Shown here piece after piece: positions 17,271 to 26,969 of a DNA stretch of 64,000 nucleotides (positions within the stretch are counted from its first letter, which is position 1; each line of letters opens with the position of its first letter). A program made the position numbers and the translations under genes. The DNA is taken from assembly GCA_913055805.1 (NCBI GenBank), contig CAJXLF010000010.1:85040-149039 (forward strand), in the 5' to 3' direction. Under the pieces are notes generated by a model that was not told the DNA's origin, did not search any database, and was given only the letters and a program-made list of their open reading frames with translations. The DNA is from an uncultured Salinisphaerales bacterium (GTDB lineage Bacteria; Pseudomonadota; Gammaproteobacteria; Nevskiales; CAJXLF01).

Positions 17271-19483
17271 AAAAACTGAGTTTGGTCGTATCGTTAAGCC
17301 TCCTGCTCAGTTATCAGGTTCAGGCCGCCACGATTACCGTAACTGAAATGATCGACGACGACCCTGCCGTCGATAACGGCGAGTGCAGTCTGCGCGAGGC
17401 GGTGATTACCGCCAATACGGATATGCAGGTTGATAGCTGTGTGCGGGATGGGGTATCGGTGGTGGACCTTATTCAGTTCGATCCGGCAACTGATGTGGAT
17501 CTGGACATTGGCAGTGATGCCTCCTTTGCCATGACACTGAATGTGCCGGGCGAGGATGCGGCGATGAGCGGCGATCTGGATGTGCTGGATAACCTGCGTA
17601 TCCAGGGTAACTTCATTCCCAATTCAGGCAGTGATAAGGGTACGGTGATCGCTGCCGATGGTAATGACCGGGTGTTCCATGTTCTCAACAACGCCTTTTT
17701 ACAACTTGAGAACGCTGTAGTGATTGCTGGCGGTGGAGTGCCCAACGGAGCCGGTATCGCTGTCAACGCAGGCTCTGAGTTGACCCTGCGTCAGGCATTC
17801 CTGTTTGGTAATAATGCCGAATCCTCGAATGTGATAGGTGCGGGGGGCGGTATTTACTCGCTGGGCAATGTGACCATTGAAGAGAGTGGTCTCGTCGGCA
17901 ACCGGGTGAGGTCAGTCGGTACGGCCAATCTCGCAGGTGGCGGCATCGCGGTACAGGGTGATCTGACGATGATCGGCAGCGCCATGATCACTAATGAACT
18001 GATTGCGGCTGCGAATGCCGGCGCTACAGGCGGCTCGATTTTTGTCAGCGGCAATCTCAGCGTCAGCGATACGGTTATCGATAACAGTAACATCGAAGCC
18101 GAAGATGGCGATGCGCACGGAGGTCATATTTACTTCGCTGGTCCGGGCGCCGGCATGTTCAACCTGCAGAACAGTTTTCTGCGTAGCGCAGATATCGAGT
18201 TCACTGGGACAGGTAGTGCGCGTGGTGCGGGTATTTATCATGGGGAAGGCCAGGCCACCATCGAACGCACGACCATCTTCGACAGTGATGTGCAGACACC
18301 ACAGATGAGTTCGCCTGGTGTGGCGTTGGGTGGCGGCATCTTTGCCCTTGATCCGCTCAGCCTGACCAATGCCACGATCATGGGTAACGAAGCTGTCAGT
18401 GCAAGTACTGCCGAAGGTGGGGCCATCTACCTTGGCGAGATGGATGCCAGTCTAGTGCTGAACAACGTGACCATCTTCGGTAATCAGGCTGTTCAGACTG
18501 GCGGTGGAGGTCTTGCTGGCGGAATCAGTAATGTATTTGGCGCCGTGGTGACAGTTGGCAACAGCATCATTGCTGGTAACGCCACTAACGGTAGTGCGCC
18601 GGATTGCCGCGGTGACTTCACATCCGCGGGCTACAATCTGATCGGCGACGAAAGTGGCTGCAGTTTTTCAGCCATGGTCGGAGCGGATATTGTCGGCACT
18701 GCCGCCACACCCATCGACCCGCTGCTGGTACCCGTGCTGGGTGAGGAGCAGTTTGGACCCTTCGAGATATCCGGCTTGCTGCTTTTGCCGCTTGACGAAA
18801 GTCCGGCCATCGATTCTGCTGACTTGGCCATGGCGATGGGTGGCAGTTGCGAGGATATAGACCAGCGCGGCGAATCAAGACCGAAGGATGGCGACGGTGA
18901 TGGAACAGCCATATGTGACATGGGCGCCTACGAAGGCACGATTGATACGCCGGTGGTCAGTTTTAACGATGCTCTCGGTAACCCCGAGATTGAGGAAGAC
19001 GCAGGCAGCATTACTTTCGCGGACGCAGTGGTCCTCTCTCATCCAGTTTCCTTTCAGGTCAGTGTACAGATCGTTTTCGATGCGGGGGTGTCGGATGCCA
19101 TGTTGCCCGCCGATTTCGACTTCTTGCCGGCAATAGTCACGTTTGCTCCGGGCGAGACTACTGCCGACTTGGTGATCACTCCCGTTGATGATGCTGTGGA
19201 TGAGCCGGACGAAGTGATTGTTTTCAAACTGGGCAATGTGATGAGCGCGACGCTGGGTATGCCCGATAGCTTTATGGCGACATTGAAGGACCCGATACCG
19301 CCGCAGCCGGACGACGACGATGATGATGACGATGGCTGCTCTGGCTGGGAATATCTGATCTTCTGTGCCGGTGATGGTTGCAGCATGGGGAGTGGTTCGG
19401 AACGGTTCGATCCGCTGTTGATTCTTATGCTGCTGCTGTCGGGTGGCTACGTTCTGCGGCGGTCTTATATCAAACACGGCTGA
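17261..19483 (+). CDS. large secreted parallel-beta-helix repeat protein (CSLREA N-terminal motif, Pmp-like GGxI repeats, Calx-beta domain) with the same C-terminal sorting-type tail as ORF 1474-2973
   Basis: AAGGAG lies 9 nt upstream of ATG 17261. Signal peptide LSLVVSLSLLLSYQVQA. ECSLREAVITAN motif. Many GGGI/GGAI repeats. The Calx-beta-like stretch is ...ADFDFLPAIVTFAPGETTADLVITPVDDAVDEPDE. A D8 spacer precedes the tail GCSMGSGSERFDPLLILMLLLSGGYVLRR. Confidence 0.8.
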   Translation: MEMKKLSLVVSLSLLLSYQVQAATITVTEMIDDDPAVDNGECSLREAVITANTDMQVDSCVRDGVSVVDLIQFDPATDVDLDIGSDASFAMTLNVPGEDAAMSGDLDVLDNLRIQGNFIPNSGSDKGTVIAADGNDRVFHVLNNAFLQLENAVVIAGGGVPNGAGIAVNAGSELTLRQAFLFGNNAESSNVIGAGGGIYSLGNVTIEESGLVGNRVRSVGTANLAGGGIAVQGDLTMIGSAMITNELIAAANAGATGGSIFVSGNLSVSDTVIDNSNIEAEDGDAHGGHIYFAGPGAGMFNLQNSFLRSADIEFTGTGSARGAGIYHGEGQATIERTTIFDSDVQTPQMSSPGVALGGGIFALDPLSLTNATIMGNEAVSASTAEGGAIYLGEMDASLVLNNVTIFGNQAVQTGGGGLAGGISNVFGAVVTVGNSIIAGNATNGSAPDCRGDFTSAGYNLIGDESGCSFSAMVGADIVGTAATPIDPLLVPVLGEEQFGPFEISGLLLLPLDESPAIDSADLAMAMGGSCEDIDQRGESRPKDGDGDGTAICDMGAYEGTIDTPVVSFNDALGNPEIEEDAGSITFADAVVLSHPVSFQVSVQIVFDAGVSDAMLPADFDFLPAIVTFAPGETTADLVITPVDDAVDEPDEVIVFKLGNVMSATLGMPDSFMATLKDPIPPQPDDDDDDDDGCSGWEYLIFCAGDGCSMGSGSERFDPLLILMLLLSGGYVLRRSYIKHG

Positions 19484-19545
19484 ATCCCGGCTGTGGCTTT
19501 GTCAGCCTGGCTCTGTAGAATACCGGGCCAGGAAACGGAGCCATT

Positions 19546-20349
19546 ATGCTGACCCATCCCAACTTTGATCCTGTCGCTATTTCTCTTGGTCCGGTAGCAA
19601 TTCACTGGTATGGCCTGACCTACCTGATCGGCTTCGCCGGGGCCTGGTGGCTGGGCACGCGGCGCTGCAATGCGGCCTATGGCTGGAGCCGGCAGGAAGC
19701 GACCGATTTTGTGTTCTATGGCGCCTTGGGTGCCATCCTGGGGGGGCGCATCGGCTATATGTTCATCTATGGCTGGTCGCGCTGGCTGGAAGACCCGCTG
19801 CTGATTCTGCGTATCTGGGAAGGTGGCATGTCGTTCCACGGTGGTCTGATCGGCGTGATGCTCGCCTTCTGGCTGTTTGCCCGCAATACCCAACGCAGCT
19901 GGCTGGCGGTGGGTGATTTCGTGGCGCCTATGGTCTGCGTGCCGGTATTCACCGTGCGTATCGGTAATTTCATCAACGGCGAACTCTGGGGCCGGGTCAC
20001 CGATGTGCCCTGGGGCATGGTGTTCCGCGGCGCCGGGCCTGACGCGCGACATCCTTCGCAGCTTTACGAGGCCGGACTGGAAGGCCTGCTGCTGGGGTTA
20101 TTCCTGTGGTGGTATTCCTCCAGTCCCCGGCCACGCGGCAGTGTTATGGCGCTGTTCGGGCTGGGTTACGCCACGGCCCGTTTCATTGTGGAATTTTTCC
20201 GCCAGCCGGATGCGCACATGGGCTATGTGGCTTTGAACTGGATGACCACCGGGCAGGTGCTGAGTATTCTCATGGCCGCCGCCTCGCTGGCAGTGTATGT
20301 CTGGGCCGTCCGCCGGCCGAATCCGCCGCTATCAAAACAGGAGAGCTGA
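19546..20349 (+). CDS. lgt: prolipoprotein diacylglyceryl transferase
   Basis: HWYGLTYLIGF and GGRIGY motifs. The lgt-thyA order is present. Confidence 0.95.
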   Translation: MLTHPNFDPVAISLGPVAIHWYGLTYLIGFAGAWWLGTRRCNAAYGWSRQEATDFVFYGALGAILGGRIGYMFIYGWSRWLEDPLLILRIWEGGMSFHGGLIGVMLAFWLFARNTQRSWLAVGDFVAPMVCVPVFTVRIGNFINGELWGRVTDVPWGMVFRGAGPDARHPSQLYEAGLEGLLLGLFLWWYSSSPRPRGSVMALFGLGYATARFIVEFFRQPDAHMGYVALNWMTTGQVLSILMAAASLAVYVWAVRRPNPPLSKQES

Positions 20350-21183
20350 GTGCGTACCTATCTGGACATGATGCAGCATATTCTCGACCACGGGACCGAG
20401 AAGGGCGACCGCACCGGTACCGGTACGGTGAGCGTGTTTGGCTACCAGATGCGCTTCAATCTGTCCGAAGGTTTCCCGGTCATCACCACCAAGAAGCTGC
20501 ACCTCAAGTCCATCATCTATGAGTTGCTGTGGTTCCTGCAGGGCGATACCAACGTCAAAGCCTTGCAGGAAAACGGCGTGTCCATATGGGACGAATGGGC
20601 CACGGAAGACGGCGACCTGGGCCCTGTATACGGTAAACAATGGCGCGCCTGGCCGTTGCCTGGCGGCGGTCATATCGACCAGATCAGCCAGCTCATCGAG
20701 CAGATTCGCAGCAAGCCCAATTCCCGCCGCCTGATTGTATCGGCCTGGAACGTGGCGGATCTGCCGGACGAGTCGGTTTCACCACAGGGCAATGCCGCTG
20801 CCGGCCGCATGGCCCTGGCACCCTGTCATGCACTTTTCCAGTTCTATGTGGCGGACGGCAAGCTGTCCTGCCAGCTTTACCAGCGATCCTGCGATGTGTT
20901 CCTGGGTGTGCCATTCAATATCGCCAGCTATGCGTTACTCACGCATATGATTGCCCAGCAATGCGATCTGGATGTGGGTGATTTCGTGTGGACGGGCGGT
21001 GATGTGCATCTTTATAGCAACCACCTGGAGCAGGCCCGCGAGCAGCTCAGTCGCGAACCCTATCCCTTGCCCAGGCTGGCCATTCACCGCAAGCCGGACA
21101 GCATATTCGACTACCGATTCGAGGATTTCGAACTGGAAGGCTACCAGTCCCACCCGCACATCAAGGCACCGATCGCGATCTAG
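20350..21183 (+). CDS. thyA: thymidylate synthase
   Basis: [23 protein letters not shown] and the active-site region [12 protein letters not shown]. Confidence 0.95.
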   Translation: MRTYLDMMQHILDHGTEKGDRTGTGTVSVFGYQMRFNLSEGFPVITTKKLHLKSIIYELLWFLQGDTNVKALQENGVSIWDEWATEDGDLGPVYGKQWRAWPLPGGGHIDQISQLIEQIRSKPNSRRLIVSAWNVADLPDESVSPQGNAAAGRMALAPCHALFQFYVADGKLSCQLYQRSCDVFLGVPFNIASYALLTHMIAQQCDLDVGDFVWTGGDVHLYSNHLEQAREQLSREPYPLPRLAIHRKPDSIFDYRFEDFELEGYQSHPHIKAPIAI

Positions 21184-21220
21184 TCGTCCTTGCCTTGGCA
21201 GCATTGCTTTGCTTACGCAT

Positions 21221-21235
21221 TACTACGTTGTAGTA
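21221..21235. promoter_or_regulatory. candidate antitoxin operator palindrome TACTAC-GTT-GTAGTA
   Basis: Perfect 6-bp inverted repeat about 40 nt upstream of the RHH antitoxin start. Confidence 0.3.
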
Positions 21236-21273
21236 TTTCGTAATACAAGCAGCTCATCTTCGAGGTAAGTGTC

Positions 21274-21513
21274 ATGGGTGTGACCAGTATTCGTCTGGAC
21301 AAAGAAGTTGAACAACCGCTGGCATTACTGGCCAGCAAGCTCGACAGGAGTAGAAACTATCTTATAAATCAGGCAATTAAGGAATATATTGCCCGGCAGT
21401 CCATGGAGGAGAAGAGGTGGCAGGATACTCTGGCCGCTCTGGAGTCAGTTGAGTCGGGCGATGTCGTGAGCGAATCCGAGGTGGCGACAAAGCTGAAATC
21501 CTGGGGACGCTGA
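21274..21513 (+). CDS. ribbon-helix-helix (CopG/ParD-type) antitoxin
   Basis: TSIRLDKEVEQPLALLASKLDRSRNYLINQAIKEYI is an RHH fold pattern. 79 aa. A ParE-like reading frame follows. Confidence 0.75.
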   Translation: MGVTSIRLDKEVEQPLALLASKLDRSRNYLINQAIKEYIARQSMEEKRWQDTLAALESVESGDVVSESEVATKLKSWGR

Positions 21514-21542
21514 AACCCTGCAGTCTGCTGTATAGCTGAAGA

Positions 21543-21838
21543 ATGAAAATAAAGTACACAAGAGAAGCGGTGAATGATTTTGATCGTCTCGAACGATTTA
21601 TTTTCGAGCACGATCCGGGGGCGGCCAGAAAGGTTGCCCATGATCTTCTGGACGGCATAGAACGACTTAAAGCATTTCCGCGTCTGGGCTGCCGGTGATG
21701 CGTGCGCCTGATCCTGATGCCATCCGGGATCTGTATGTTGGTGCTTACACGATTCGCTACCTGATTATTACTGAAGTCATATATGTGCTGCGCCTGTGGC
21801 GCGACAAGGAACAGGAAAAAGATTCAGCTCAGTTCTAG
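21543..21838 (+). pseudogene. RelE/ParE-family toxin interrupted by a frameshift (apparent 1-nt deletion near 21693-21697)
   Basis: Frame 1 reads MKIKYTREAVNDFDRLERFIFEHDPGAARKVAHDLLDGIERLKAFPRLGCR* (stop at 21696-21698). The -1 frame continues VMRAPDPDAIRDLYVGAYTIRYLIITEVIYVLRLWRDKEQEKDSAQF* (stop at 21836-21838). Joined, the two pieces match the ParE layout. Confidence 0.7.
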
Positions 21839-21892
21839 GCCGCAGGTGGTGACCTAAGTGATTTCGTCATTACCGTGAACGCCGGAGTCTGG

Positions 21893-22990
21893 CTAATCCT
21901 GCACCGGCGATTCAAAGTAGCGATGAAACGCCGCCGGTAAAGTCTTGTAATCCAGACCGTCGACGCGGCTGGCGACATCGCGTGAATTGCCGGTATTCCA
22001 GAACAGCACGGTTTTGTCCTGGAGCTTGCCGGCCCGGGCATCGGCAATCAGTGCCGCCATGGCCTTGGCGGCGTAAGTACCGTCCAGCTTCAGTCCTTCC
22101 AGGTCTCCCGCCAGACTGGCCGCTGTCCGGCCTTCCGGGGTGAATTCGCCATAAGCCTGGCCGAAGAAGCCTTCCCGTACCTCGCACAGCGTGTCGTCTG
22201 CAGACAGGACGGGGAAGTCCGGTTCCCGGCGGCGCAGATAGGTAACCGTACGTTCAATCAACTTCTGTAATCCGGCTTCACTGCCAAACTGTGTCGGCAC
22301 GACGCGCACGGCGACAATGCGGGTTTGCAGGCCCAGTACACGCAGGCCGATGTCCAGGCCGGCGGCGCTGCCCATGCTGCCCAGCGGCAGGTAGATCACA
22401 TCCGGCACAGGCAGCGTGCCGGCATCGATCTGGGCCTTGAGTTCATAGGCGGCATTGACGAAGCCCAGCACACCCAGTGGGTGTGAGCCGCCGGCCGGTA
22501 TCCAGTAGGGCCGGCGCCCCTGCATCAGTGTGTGGCGGGCGTATTGCCATAGCGTTTTGGCCCCCAGCAGCCAGGTGTTGGGCGCCGTATGCAATTCAGC
22601 GCCGGCGTAATCGCCCAGCAGCAGGTTCTGACGCACATAGGTGGCGTTATGCTGCGGCAAGAGCATCGATATGCAGCGCATGCCCAGTTGCTGCGCATAC
22701 AGCGCCGTGGCCAGGGCGAAGTTGGAGCCGGCATAGCCGAAGGTGAGGACTTCCCGGCTCTTGCTGCGCTTTGCTTCACCCAGCAGGAATTCCAGCTTGC
22801 GGGTCTTGTTGCCACCATAGGTCAGCGCGCTGCGGTCGTCGCGTTTCACCCACAGTGCTGCAATGTGCAGACGCCCGGCCATGTCTTGCAGGGGCTGCAC
22901 TGCAGTGGGCAGGTCGCACAATGGTTCCAGGGCAATAAACTGGCGCAAATGCGTCCATTTTTCCAGGAGAGGGCGGGGTGATGTCTTCAT
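21893..22990 (-). CDS. PLP-dependent ACC deaminase / D-cysteine desulfhydrase family protein
   Basis: GGNKTRKLEFLLGEAK motif (lysine PLP site). 365 aa. Confidence 0.8.
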   Translation of the reverse strand: MKTSPRPLLEKWTHLRQFIALEPLCDLPTAVQPLQDMAGRLHIAALWVKRDDRSALTYGGNKTRKLEFLLGEAKRSKSREVLTFGYAGSNFALATALYAQQLGMRCISMLLPQHNATYVRQNLLLGDYAGAELHTAPNTWLLGAKTLWQYARHTLMQGRRPYWIPAGGSHPLGVLGFVNAAYELKAQIDAGTLPVPDVIYLPLGSMGSAAGLDIGLRVLGLQTRIVAVRVVPTQFGSEAGLQKLIERTVTYLRRREPDFPVLSADDTLCEVREGFFGQAYGEFTPEGRTAASLAGDLEGLKLDGTYAAKAMAALIADARAGKLQDKTVLFWNTGNSRDVASRVDGLDYKTLPAAFHRYFESPVQD

Positions 22991-23070
22991 GGGCGGCGAC
23001 TATGCAGAATCCGTCGGCTGCGGGCAAGTTGTGTTAACGTTGCCGCCAGATTTTTCAGCCCGAGCCACAT

Positions 23071-23559
23071 ATGCTCAGCCTCATTGTTGCCATGGACGAA
23101 AATCGCCTGATAGGCCGGGACAATGGCCTGCCGTGGCGTCTACCCAGCGATATGGCTTTCTTCAAGCGTACGACAATGGGCAAGCCTGTCGTGATGGGGC
23201 GCAAGACCTATGAGTCCATCGGTAAGCCCCTGCCCGGGCGTGACAACGTTGTGATCACTCGCCAAGTGGATTTTTGCGCTCCGGGTTGTACGGTGGTGCC
23301 CGGTCTGGCTGAGGCGATCGAGCACTATGCCGATGCAGCCGAGATCATGATCATGGGGGGTGTACAGATATACCGCCTGGCGCTGGACAACGTTGATCGT
23401 TTGTATGTGACACGCGTGCACGGCAGTTTTGACGGCGACGCCTGGTTCCCGGAGGTGGACTGGAGCCAATGGCGAAAAGTTACTGCGGAGGACGTTGAAG
23501 CCGACGAGCGTAATGCCCACGCGCATACTTTCGAGATATGGGAGCGCATCAGTAAATGA
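23071..23559 (+). CDS. folA: dihydrofolate reductase
   Basis: MLSLIVAMDENRLIGRDNGLPWRLPSDMAFFKRTTMGKPVVMGRKTYESIG is a canonical FolA sequence. Confidence 0.95.
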   Translation: MLSLIVAMDENRLIGRDNGLPWRLPSDMAFFKRTTMGKPVVMGRKTYESIGKPLPGRDNVVITRQVDFCAPGCTVVPGLAEAIEHYADAAEIMIMGGVQIYRLALDNVDRLYVTRVHGSFDGDAWFPEVDWSQWRKVTAEDVEADERNAHAHTFEIWERISK

Positions 23560-23634
23560 ACTTGGTTGCTGTTTCCCGGCGTGGCATGATTTGTCCCTGA
23601 ACCCAAAATTCAAGTCATACAACAAGGAGTCACC

Positions 23635-23895
23635 ATGTCGGATTTAAAAGCTGCCTTCGATAAGGCCCAGGCCGATGTCAAAACCCTGACCAGCCGTCCC
23701 AGCAATGAAGCTCTGCTGTTTCTCTATGCCCATTTCAAGCAGGCGGACGCCGGCGATGTGCAGGGTAAACGTCCGGGCATGATGGATATGGTCGGTCGTG
23801 CGAAATACGATGCCTGGGCCAAGCTGGAAGGCATGTCGTCAGACGACGCCATGCAGGCCTATATCGACAAGGTGAATGAGCTACTGGGTAGCTAA
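23635..23895 (+). CDS. acyl-CoA-binding protein (ACBP)
   Basis: 86 aa. LLFLYAHFKQA...GKRPG....GRAKYDAW is the ACBP signature pattern. Confidence 0.8.
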   Translation: MSDLKAAFDKAQADVKTLTSRPSNEALLFLYAHFKQADAGDVQGKRPGMMDMVGRAKYDAWAKLEGMSSDDAMQAYIDKVNELLGS

Positions 23896-23934
23896 CCCTC
23901 TAAGTATCTACAATCACGAGAGAAGGGGAAGATC

Positions 23935-25005
23935 ATGTACAAGAATATTCTCAGGACAGTTTTGCTGATTCTGTCGGGTGCGGCTGCCGTGTTTCCGGCG
24001 CTTGCCGAGGAAGGTCCGAGTATTTCCTTGCAGGAGTACTACTACGAGCCGGACAGCGAGCGTCCCACACAGGGTCGTGGATTCGGTACCGATCTGGCTA
24101 TAGCCTGGCCGTTGCAGAACCGCTGGGTGCTGGAAACCCGTCTGTTCGGGACCTGGATTGACGACAAAGGCAATTATCGCCGTGATGCCTACCGTTTTGG
24201 CGGGGCACTCGACTTTCGTTACGACCTGGGTAATCCCAACGCGCTGCATCCCTATCTGATCGGTGGTATCGGCATTGTGCGCAACAATCTGATTCCCGAG
24301 GAAGACGAAAGTGGCGCTACCGCCAATCTGGGTGTGGGCTGGATGAGCGGTCCGTTGAATGACTACGGCGTGCGTTTACGCGGCGACCTGCGGGCTGTCT
24401 ACGACGACTTCGATGATGGTGTTGTCGACTGGCGCGCCGGTGCGGGCATCATGTTCCCGCTGCGCAGGCCCCAGGAGCGCATCGTGGAAGTCGAGAAAGT
24501 CGTGTACAAGGAAGTGCCGGTCAAGGCGCCGGTGGACAGCGACGGAGACGGCGTCACAGATAACATCGACAAATGTCCCAACACTCCGCGGGGAGCGTTG
24601 GTGGACGCCGTGGGTTGCGAGCAGTACCTGAAACGCGACATCAAGGAAACCCTGTATGTCGAGTTTGATCTGGACAAGTCTGAAGTCCGTCCCAGCTCCT
24701 ATTCGAAGCTGGAGGGTCTGGCCAGCATGATGCGCAAGTATCCGTCGGCAAAAATGATTCTTGAAGGCCATACCGACAGCACCGGCACCGATGCCTATAA
24801 CCAGAAGCTCTCCGAGCGTCGGGCGGAGGCCGTAAAACGTGTATTTGTTACCCGCTATGGCGTGGATGCGGCACGTATTTCCACCGTGGGGTATGGCGAG
24901 GGTCGTCCCAAGGCCAGCAACAGTACGCGCGAAGGCCGTGCTGTGAATCGCCGCGTGGAAGGCATCATGAAAGCAACCATCAAGCAGTTGCAGACGAAGC
25001 AATAA
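23935..25005 (+). CDS. OmpA-family outer membrane protein (beta-barrel + TSP3-type Asp repeats + OmpA_C)
   Basis: Signal peptide. DSDGDGVTDNIDKCPNTP repeat. The C-terminus has GHTDSTGTDAYNQKLSERRAEAV...NRRVE. Confidence 0.9.
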   Translation: MYKNILRTVLLILSGAAAVFPALAEEGPSISLQEYYYEPDSERPTQGRGFGTDLAIAWPLQNRWVLETRLFGTWIDDKGNYRRDAYRFGGALDFRYDLGNPNALHPYLIGGIGIVRNNLIPEEDESGATANLGVGWMSGPLNDYGVRLRGDLRAVYDDFDDGVVDWRAGAGIMFPLRRPQERIVEVEKVVYKEVPVKAPVDSDGDGVTDNIDKCPNTPRGALVDAVGCEQYLKRDIKETLYVEFDLDKSEVRPSSYSKLEGLASMMRKYPSAKMILEGHTDSTGTDAYNQKLSERRAEAVKRVFVTRYGVDAARISTVGYGEGRPKASNSTREGRAVNRRVEGIMKATIKQLQTKQ

Positions 25006-25022
25006 CTGCATTTGATTCAGTA

Positions 25023-25049
25023 AAGGGGGCTTCGGCCCCCTTTTTGTTT
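25023..25049. terminator. rho-independent terminator between convergent genes
   Basis: The hairpin is AAGGGGGC-TTCG-GCCCCCTT, followed by a T-run (TTTTTGTTTG). Confidence 0.7.
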
Positions 25050-25085
25050 GCAGTCTTTTCCTGGGGCTCCAGACGGGCTTCAGGT

Positions 25086-25946
25086 TCAGATGCTTTGGCG
25101 GCCGACCCAGTCGCGGGCGAACTGCCAGGCTACGCGCCCGCTGCGTGAACCCCGTGTCAGCGCCCAACGCAGAGCCTCTGCGCGGGCCTGGTCGTCGAAA
25201 ATACCGGCGCCCAGGTTTTTCACATACTGTTCGGCAATCGCCAGGTACTGATCCTGGGAAAAGGGATGAAAGGCCAGCCACAGGCCGAAGCGTTCGGACA
25301 GCGATATCTTTTCCTCAACTGCCTCGCCATGATGAATCTCACCATCGATCAACTGTGTATCCTGGTTTTCCCGCTGATATTCCGGTAGCAGGTGGCGGCG
25401 ATTGCTGGTGGCGTAGATGAGTACGTTTTCCGGCGGTGCGGACAGCGAGCCTTCGATGGTGGCTTTCAGGGCCTTGTAACTGGGATCGTCCGCCTCAAAG
25501 GACAAATCATCGGAAAAAATCACATAGCGCTCATCGCGTGCATAGAGAGGAGCAACGATTTCCGGCAGATCGCAAAGGTCGCTGCGGTCGACTTCAATCA
25601 CACGCAATCCCGCGTCGGCATAACGCGTGAGCAAACCCTTGATCAGGGAGGACTTGCCGGTGCCGCGCGAGCCCCAGAGCAGGGCGTTATTGGCGGGCAG
25701 GCCGGCGAGAAATTGCCGGGTGTTGCGCTCCAGCTCGGTTTTCTGCCGCTCTATGCCAAGCAGGTCGTCCAGGGTGATGTTATGCGGGTGCGCAATGGCT
25801 TCCAGGAAGCCACGGCCCTGACCCGGCCGCCGCCAGCGATAGGCGACGGCTTCCCAATTGATGGCTGGCCGGGATACTGGCAGCCAGCTATCGACACGCT
25901 CGGCCAGTTGTTCCAGCCTTGCAACAAGGCGCTCCAGGTCACTCAT
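25086..25946 (-). CDS. DUF815-type AAA-like ATP-binding protein
   Basis: Walker A sequence GSRGTGKSSL. 286 aa. The overall pattern resembles the DUF815 family. Confidence 0.65.
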   Translation of the reverse strand: MSDLERLVARLEQLAERVDSWLPVSRPAINWEAVAYRWRRPGQGRGFLEAIAHPHNITLDDLLGIERQKTELERNTRQFLAGLPANNALLWGSRGTGKSSLIKGLLTRYADAGLRVIEVDRSDLCDLPEIVAPLYARDERYVIFSDDLSFEADDPSYKALKATIEGSLSAPPENVLIYATSNRRHLLPEYQRENQDTQLIDGEIHHGEAVEEKISLSERFGLWLAFHPFSQDQYLAIAEQYVKNLGAGIFDDQARAEALRWALTRGSRSGRVAWQFARDWVGRQSI

Positions 25947-25955
25947 GCCGCAGGT

Positions 25956-26909
25956 CTAGTGTGTTCGGGAAGGATATTGCGAAAGCGTTTCGAAGGCGCG
26001 TCGGTCATGCGCGGGCAGCATTTCCAGATCCGGAAACCGCTTGTGCAACTGATGCAGGTGACCAATGGCTTCGCGTACTGCCGCCTCGTCGTGATCAACC
26101 ATGTCGCGCGCCAGAAGGGGGCGTTCTGCAGGCAATTCAATGCCTTCGCGGGCCCAGACAATGTCTCCTACCATCATCAGCCGCTTGCCTGAGGGCAAGT
26201 TGAGGAAAACACCCACCGAGCCGGGCGTGTGCCCCCCGATGGGAACGAGTACCAGACTACCATCGCGGTAGACATCCAGGCTTTCCGGATAGCCCATGTA
26301 AGGGCCATCGTCGAAGGCGTAGATCAGATATTCCACATTTTCAAAGCTGTTTATCAGCACCGTTTCCTCATGCGCTTCGCGAATGAAGTCCAGCTCGTCC
26401 TGGTTGATCCAGATGGGGACTTCAGGAAAATCGGGAATACCGCTTACATGGTCCCAGTGGGCATGCGTCAGAATGATGCCGGCCAGGTTGTCCGTGCTGT
26501 ACTCATGAATTTCCAGCTGGTTGGCTGCATTTTCCGTGAATTCGTAATCCGCCAGGCTGCGCATCAGAAACGGGGTGGTTTGGACATGGTCGTGAATGTT
26601 TGCGCCGAAACCCGTGTCGATCAGGAAGTCTCCTTTCGGGTGCTGGACGAGCAGGGCGTCCATGGCGGAGATGTATTCAACGCCGAATTTGCCGCCACGA
26701 AAGGTGAAGGCTTGTCTGGAGTACATCTGGCCGGTGCTGATCACTGAAACCGCCATTTCGGCGGGCGGCGCTGCAAAGGGCAATGCATCCGGCAGTTCCA
26801 CCGTGCTGTACTCGAGTTCTGCCGGCTGAAAGGTCTGGTAAAGGCAGTACCCACCGTAAGCGGCTGCTGCCAGCGTAAGGAGCAGCAACAGGATGATGAA
26901 CTTGCGCAT
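25956..26909 (-). CDS. MBL-fold metallo-hydrolase, membrane-anchored or secreted
   Basis: ILTHAHWDHVSG motif. N-terminal hydrophobic segment. Confidence 0.8.
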   Translation of the reverse strand: MRKFIILLLLLTLAAAAYGGYCLYQTFQPAELEYSTVELPDALPFAAPPAEMAVSVISTGQMYSRQAFTFRGGKFGVEYISAMDALLVQHPKGDFLIDTGFGANIHDHVQTTPFLMRSLADYEFTENAANQLEIHEYSTDNLAGIILTHAHWDHVSGIPDFPEVPIWINQDELDFIREAHEETVLINSFENVEYLIYAFDDGPYMGYPESLDVYRDGSLVLVPIGGHTPGSVGVFLNLPSGKRLMMVGDIVWAREGIELPAERPLLARDMVDHDEAAVREAIGHLHQLHKRFPDLEMLPAHDRRAFETLSQYPSRTH

Positions 26910-26969
26910 TGTGAGAACTCCCAGCCGGTTATGACCTTGTTATAGCTTCACCGTGCCGTAGCAACCGGG

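Noticed and set aside
21690-21700. Programmed -1 ribosomal frameshift in the ParE-like gene
   Set aside because: No slippery X-XXY-YYZ heptamer or downstream structure was seen at GGCTGCCGGTGATG. A simple 1-nt deletion or a sequencing error is the more economical explanation.
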